Positions 7,634 through 11,743 of a stretch of 11,743 bases of DNA are shown here, piece by piece. How positions within the stretch are numbered: position 1 is the stretch's first letter; each line of letters begins with the position of its first letter. Source of the DNA: Candidatus Thorarchaeota archaeon. GTDB taxonomy: Archaea > Asgardarchaeota > Thorarchaeia > Thorarchaeales > Thorarchaeaceae. Location of the stretch: positions 1 through 11,743 of the forward strand of contig PRDI01000079.1 of NCBI GenBank assembly GCA_003345595.1, read 5' to 3'. Under the pieces are notes generated by a model. That model did no database searches and was not told the origin of the DNA. It worked only from the letters and a program-made list of their open reading frames with translations. Position numbers and translations under genes: made by a program.

Positions 7634-7905
7634 TTCTGATGCCCCGAAGAATCAATCGAATCTCTAGCCCTAGAGACAGAGGTATACAGTAGAACTGTGT
7701 CTCATAATTAGGGTTTCTCCCGGAGGCGTTTCTGCGAAAGACTCTACCTCAATGAGCAACCCCTTGCCTCTTTGAGAAGACCCGTGCACTCTGAGTGTCC
7801 GGTGACGATGGCATGACAGTTTCCGACGGGCTTGACCCTGAAACATCTCACATGCACTCAGAGGGAATATCAGATAAATACTCGGGCGCATCGCAAAGCG
7901 GTGCC

Positions 7906-8820
7906 ATGAACGAAGAGCAGTCACGGCCGAGCAGACTCCCGCTGTTTCTTGCGTGGACAATGCTATTGGTCGCTAGCCCAATTGCGATAATCCCTTGGCG
8001 AATATTCACAATCGGCGAACCATTCTGGTGGCCTTGGATGCATGGCATCATCCTACTGTTGCTCTTGCTACTTACGCTGGTCCTTCAGCCTCTGAAGCCG
8101 CTACGAAGGTTTGCTTTCATCATTGTTGTCATATTCTTCATGGGCTACGCAGCAGGCTGGAACTGGGGACTCATAGGGTTTGTTCAGTCGACCGACTTCT
8201 GGGCTGCATGGAAGATACAAGCTCCAATGGGGGCTTTCGATATCAGCCTGCATCTTCTGAGGCTCACTCCGGCGGCGATAGTACTCTCATTCCTGCTGCT
8301 GACCGGTAGGAAGCGGCAACGCTTCTTCCTCGTGAAGGGTGACCCCCATGCCGTCCTAGAGAGATCATCACTGGTGAGTACCAAGAAGCCGGAACCATGG
8401 ATCAGGGTCGCACTGATTTTCTCACTCGTCTTCGTCTTGGTGGCAGCCTTGTTCATGGTCGCAGTCTATGGTGTTTCAGGGGAGACATTCGCGTCCAACT
8501 GGCCGCTAATACCAGTCGTTCTTCTTATTGCCACTATGAACGGCTTCAATGAGGAGTTCACACTTCGCGCTGCGCCTCTCGGGGAACTTGAGCCAGTCAT
8601 TGGCAAGTCAAACTCTCTGAAGACGACTGCGGCATACTTCGGACTCGGCCATTACTTCGGATTCCCTAGTGGGGTCATAGGCGTCATTCTGTCAGGCTTC
8701 CTTGGATGGTTCCTCGGCAAGAGCATGCTGGAAACCAAGGGCATATTTGTGGCTTGGCTGGTTCACTTCCTGACCGATGTGCCGATCTTCCTGTTTCTCA
8801 TCGTCGGAGGAGTCGCCTAG
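7906..8820 (+). CDS. CPBP family intramembrane glutamic endopeptidase (Rce1/Abi/CAAX protease type II-like) #1
   Basis: Multiple TM helices; motifs NEEFTLR, YFGLGH, HFLTD. Start uncertain: 7906 (GATAAATA 25 nt upstream, leaderless) or 7813 (GGTGA SD at 7801). Confidence 0.9.
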   Translation: MNEEQSRPSRLPLFLAWTMLLVASPIAIIPWRIFTIGEPFWWPWMHGIILLLLLLLTLVLQPLKPLRRFAFIIVVIFFMGYAAGWNWGLIGFVQSTDFWAAWKIQAPMGAFDISLHLLRLTPAAIVLSFLLLTGRKRQRFFLVKGDPHAVLERSSLVSTKKPEPWIRVALIFSLVFVLVAALFMVAVYGVSGETFASNWPLIPVVLLIATMNGFNEEFTLRAAPLGELEPVIGKSNSLKTTAAYFGLGHYFGFPSGVIGVILSGFLGWFLGKSMLETKGIFVAWLVHFLTDVPIFLFLIVGGVA

Positions 8821-8876
8821 TAGACAGAGGTACCGGAAACGACGAAACCTACAAGCTAAGGCTTCGTTTCAAACGA

Positions 8877-8894
8877 CTACCGTCATGTGACGGC
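8877..8894. repeat. Palindromic motif copy A, CTACCGTCATGTGACGGC (putative TF site)
   Basis: Exact 18-bp match to 11316-11333; core CCGTCA-TG-TGACGG; upstream of CPBP #2. Confidence 0.75.
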
Positions 8895-8960
8895 CATATC
8901 GCTAAATGAATTGTCCATTCGCTCTGTGTCATCCTCCTTCGTGAAAGGTGAATGGAAGAA

Positions 8961-9791
8961 ATGAACGACTTCGTAGCCAAACACTCTCTTGTCCTCTTCT
9001 TTGCGCTGACAATTCCGCTTTCTTGGTTCTGGTGGGTACAGATGTATCTGGGACTGTGGTCCTCAGATCTCTTGTTAATCCCGTCCTCCCTTGGGGCGGC
9101 TTCCCCTATCGTGATTCTGTTCTTTCTTGACAGGCTGTCCAAGGGTGCTGTCGGCATAAACGGAATATTCGATTCGGTCCATAGCTGGAAACAGCGGATT
9201 CCGTGGCTGGTACTTGCGGCATTCAGCTATCCGGTCATGGTCACCATTGGGAACGCGGCGAGCTTCGTCCTTGGCTACGAAACTCAGCTGAATCTCCTGA
9301 ATCAAGAAACGGGGTGGCTCGGGACTGCTCTGATAGCAATAGTGCCAATCACATTCTTCGCCATGCTTCTCTCGAGCCCCCTGCTCGAAGAACCGGGGTG
9401 GCGAGGATTCGCCCTGCCTAGGCTGCAGGCGATGTTCGGTCGTGAGATTGGCAGTCTCCTTATCGGCTCCTACTGGTGGCTCTGGCATCAGATGATGGAC
9501 GTTTCATTTGGTGGCTATCCTTCTCTCTTGGGATACCTCAGCCAGCTGGGACTCTCATTCATGACGGACTCTCTTTTCAACCTCTCAAGGAGGAATCTGC
9601 TTTCTGCAATGTTCGTGCACTCCTCATCATATATCGCTCTGACGTACCTCTACAGGGCTACCGGCGATATATCAGGGCTCATCGTCGTCGCTGCGGTCTG
9701 GACACTGGTCATTATCCTCCGCCTGCTGGAGAGGCAGAGAGGGTTTCCGGGCAAATTGGATGAGAGCAAGAAAGAAGCGGAGCAAAACTGA
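8961..9791 (+). CDS. CPBP family intramembrane glutamic endopeptidase #2
   Basis: LEEPGWRGFALPRL, WWLWH, MFVHSS; polytopic membrane protein. GGTGA at 8947-8951 is better spaced for ATG 8961 than for 8952. Confidence 0.92.
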   Translation: MNDFVAKHSLVLFFALTIPLSWFWWVQMYLGLWSSDLLLIPSSLGAASPIVILFFLDRLSKGAVGINGIFDSVHSWKQRIPWLVLAAFSYPVMVTIGNAASFVLGYETQLNLLNQETGWLGTALIAIVPITFFAMLLSSPLLEEPGWRGFALPRLQAMFGREIGSLLIGSYWWLWHQMMDVSFGGYPSLLGYLSQLGLSFMTDSLFNLSRRNLLSAMFVHSSSYIALTYLYRATGDISGLIVVAAVWTLVIILRLLERQRGFPGKLDESKKEAEQN

Positions 9792-9795
9792 TTAT

Positions 9796-9810
9796 GAAGG
9801 TATATATAAT
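9796..9810 (+). promoter_or_regulatory. Putative TATA promoter of CPBP #3
   Basis: GAAGG-TATATATA-AT just after the CPBP #2 stop, ~85 nt before ATG 9892. Confidence 0.5.
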
Positions 9811-9891
9811 GAAGAGTACTGGATGCCGGGGCAGCGCCTAATCGTTGGAGGAATGGCTTAAGACATCAATAATCTGTGGAGAATCGCTGAG

Positions 9892-10818
9892 ATGAACACT
9901 GAAGTTGAGGGGAAGATTGCAGACTCGAGCAGTCTGCCAATGACAAAGAAACTCGTTGCCCTTGGTGAAGTGATTGTAGTCAGGTTCGTGGCATACGCAC
10001 TCATTGCGCTTGCACTCTTGCAGCTTGTATATGGATCGCCAGAACCCAGTCCATTTCCGTTGGAGGCCTCCTATCTCGTCGGAACTCTATGGTTTGTGAT
10101 TCCAGCCTTGATGATATACGGTCTGAGGAGAAATCCGAAAGAATACGGACTCTCGGTCAACCGAGCACCACAGAGCATTGACCTCGCACTCAACGCTTTC
10201 CCATTCTATGTTCTCACTAATGTGGCATTCATAATCCTGATGTTCATGAACTGGTCCTATTTGGAACCTCTGGGCGCCCTCGTCCTCACAGGATTCTTCA
10301 TCCTTGCCCTCCTGCTAATTGTGAGAATGGTTTCACGGAAGTATGACCACTTCGAGGAGATTCAGATATCGCAAAAGAAACACAGAAACAACGTTCTCGC
10401 AATCTTGCTTCTCCTACTACTCCCTGTGATTCTAGGAATCGTGTTGAGGAGAGTGTCATGGCCACTGGTTTCAACTGTCGTCTGGCAGTTCATCTTCTCA
10501 GGCTTTGGGGAGGAGATATTCTTCCGTGGCTACATCCAGTCCCGACTGAATGTGGCTTTTGGCCGCCCCTATGAATGGAAAGGGATACAGTTCGGCGTAG
10601 GCCTCTTCATCACTGCAGCCATCTTTGCCGCCACTCATGTGCTGAATTCTGCAAACATATGGCTTGGAAACTTCAATATGGCTTGGTGGTGGGGAACGTT
10701 CACATTGGTCGGAGGGATCCTGTTCGGGTTACTGCGTGAGAAGACACAATCGGTAGTTGCCCCCGGGGTCTTGCACGGGCTTGAGGCGGTGGGTGAAGGG
10801 CTAGCACTTCTCTTCTAG
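9892..10818 (+). CDS. CPBP family intramembrane glutamic endopeptidase #3
   Basis: GFGEEIFFRGYIQSRL, IFAATH, G..FG..REKT.S..AP..LHG; extended N-terminal TM region; 308 aa. Confidence 0.92.
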   Translation: MNTEVEGKIADSSSLPMTKKLVALGEVIVVRFVAYALIALALLQLVYGSPEPSPFPLEASYLVGTLWFVIPALMIYGLRRNPKEYGLSVNRAPQSIDLALNAFPFYVLTNVAFIILMFMNWSYLEPLGALVLTGFFILALLLIVRMVSRKYDHFEEIQISQKKHRNNVLAILLLLLLPVILGIVLRRVSWPLVSTVVWQFIFSGFGEEIFFRGYIQSRLNVAFGRPYEWKGIQFGVGLFITAAIFAATHVLNSANIWLGNFNMAWWWGTFTLVGGILFGLLREKTQSVVAPGVLHGLEAVGEGLALLF

Positions 10819-10856
10819 TGAATGTGACAGCTACTTCACTAATCCCTTCTTTCTCT
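10816..10856 (+). terminator. Putative terminator after CPBP #3
   Basis: TAGTGAA (10816-10822) / TTCACTA (10835-10841) stem followed by the pyrimidine tract TCCCTTCTTTCTCT. Confidence 0.45.
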
Positions 10857-10993
10857 AATCTGGCCAACGGCCGGTCTCTCTAGGTTCTCAAAGGACTCCG
10901 AGCAGAGGGCGGACCAGATGCTTGTACCGGGCCGTGTGTCCTAGCATCCGGATCCAGAGAAGAGAACACTCTCCCAGTTGAGGACCGTACTCA

Positions 10994-11009
10994 GCCGTCA
11001 TATGACGGT
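10994..11009. repeat. Palindromic motif copy B, GCCGTCATATGACGGT
   Basis: Perfect 14-bp palindrome CCGTCATATGACGG at 10995-11008; its reverse complement matches copies A and C at 15 of 16 positions. Confidence 0.7.
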
Positions 11010-11055
11010 GTAAAGATTATCGTTGCTTGGTGTGGGTCCGCTCATGGTGAATAAG

Positions 11056-11280
11056 ATGAGCAACACAACAAGACTGTTGTCCTATTTCAGAAACGTACTA
11101 GTCCCATCCGAGATACGCAGGAAATGCGAGCAACCCGGGACCGTTGGCCCCGGAGCAGAAGTGCACATTGCATCTGGTGCTGTAACTCAGAGGGATGCGT
11201 GGCTGAAGACGGAACTCAATCGTGACCTGAAAGTCAGCACAGGAATAGCAGGGCTTCAACGGGCTTCGTTCTTACGGTGA
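11056..11280 (+). CDS. Hypothetical 74-aa protein or pseudogene remnant
   Basis: GGTGA SD (11046-11050) 5 nt before ATG; MSNTTRLLSYFRNVLVPSEIRRK...; no recognisable domain. Confidence 0.3.
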   Translation: MSNTTRLLSYFRNVLVPSEIRRKCEQPGTVGPGAEVHIASGAVTQRDAWLKTELNRDLKVSTGIAGLQRASFLR

Positions 11281-11315
11281 ACCTGAGAGGGGTCAGATTC
11301 GGTGGCTCGGCCGGC

Positions 11316-11333
11316 CTACCGTCATGTGACGGC
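11316..11333. repeat. Palindromic motif copy C, CTACCGTCATGTGACGGC
   Basis: Identical to 8877-8894; its palindromic core (11319-11332) ends 5 nt upstream of the TATA box at 11338. Confidence 0.75.
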
Positions 11334-11345
11334 AGAATATATAAG
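11333..11345 (+). promoter_or_regulatory. BRE/TATA promoter of the Bat-like regulator (probably a leaderless mRNA)
   Basis: CAGAA-TATATAAG with ATG 23 nt after the TATA end, typical archaeal leaderless spacing. Confidence 0.65.
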
Positions 11346-11368
11346 TGCATAGGAGACACGTTCAGCTC

Positions 11369-11743
11369 ATGCCGCTACTAGAACTGAGGTTCAAAGTCTC
11401 TCATGACTGCCCCATTGGAAACATCTCCCGCAGATTCCAGACTCTGAAAATGTACGAATGGTGTAATCGTAAGCACGAGGTACTCGAGCTGGTTCTGAGG
11501 AACCGTAATGACTTTCCAGCCGTCATGAACGAACTCCGGAAGGCCGCAAAGATTGTGGATTCGTTCTCTGATGGTGACAGAGCGCATATTGTCACCAAGA
11601 TGTGTACCTGCGGCCAGCCGGGATCGGTTAGCCGATACATTGACAAATTGAACCTCCTTCAACTAGACCCAGTCGTATACGAACAGGGCTGGGAGTACTA
11701 CCGCACAGTCGCGTTTGGGAACGATCAAGTCAGCGCGTTGATG
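11369..11743 (+). CDS. Bacterio-opsin activator (Bat)/HTH_10-type transcriptional regulator (COG3413-like), N-terminal 125 aa, truncated by the window end
   Basis: Manual translation MPLLELRFKVSHDCPIGNISRRFQTLKMYEWCNRKHEVLE...KMCTCGQPGSVSRYIDKLNLLQLDPVVYEQGWEYYRTVAF. The HDCP, WCN..EV, C.C...S and P..Y..GWE.Y...AF pattern is typical of the N-terminal domain of archaeal Bat-like HTH proteins; the HTH itself lies outside the window. Confidence 0.78.
   Translation, partial: MPLLELRFKVSHDCPIGNISRRFQTLKMYEWCNRKHEVLELVLRNRNDFPAVMNELRKAAKIVDSFSDGDRAHIVTKMCTCGQPGSVSRYIDKLNLLQLDPVVYEQGWEYYRTVAFGNDQVSALM

Noticed and set aside
7674-8832. AGACAGAGGTA repeated at 7674 and 8822
   Set aside because: An 11-mer repeat is expected several times by chance in 11.7 kb
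8836-8870. Hairpin after CPBP #1 as a SECIS element
   Set aside because: No in-frame TGA selenoprotein candidate nearby; more likely a terminator or processing stem
8882-8891. Palindrome core GTCATGTGAC equals a eukaryotic E-box/M-box/CDEI-type bHLH site
   Set aside because: Short motif, no bHLH gene in the window; convergence is the simpler explanation
2054-9763. Other short track ORFs overlapping Lrp, GH94, GH116 and the CPBP genes
   Set aside because: Shadow ORFs of well-supported genes
8877-11333. Repeats as a CRISPR array or integron attC sites
   Set aside because: Spacing is hundreds to thousands of nt and irregular; no attC R/L box architecture, no cas or integrase gene
11378-11662. 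Minus-strand ORFs 11378-11662 and 11401-11646
   Set aside because: Antisense to the Bat-like regulator, which has a clear promoter and family motifs

Overview
Archaeal-looking accessory region with TATA/BRE-type promoters, GGTGA/GGAGTGA Shine-Dalgarno sites, an Lrp/AsnC regulator and a Bat-type regulator. An Asgard/Thorarchaeota-like origin is plausible but cannot be proven from this window. Gene order: 5' part of a P2-type cation ATPase (minus strand, missing from the ORF track) <- Lrp/AsnC regulator | GH94 glycoside phosphorylase -> <- tiny membrane-anchor ORF <- GH116 (GBA2-like) beta-glucosidase | three divergent tandem CPBP (Rce1/Abi-like) intramembrane proteases -> small ORF -> N-terminus of a Bat-like HTH regulator (also missing from the track). 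Two non-coding signals stand out. (1) A recurrent 14-bp palindrome CCGTCATRTGACGG, including an exact 18-bp repeat, sits upstream of promoter-like elements of a CPBP gene, the small ORF and the regulator itself, suggesting an undescribed regulon. (2) A structured 5' leader of the ATPase can sequester its Shine-Dalgarno site and has an alternative pairing register, as a riboswitch would. No rRNA, tRNA, CRISPR or transposase was seen.
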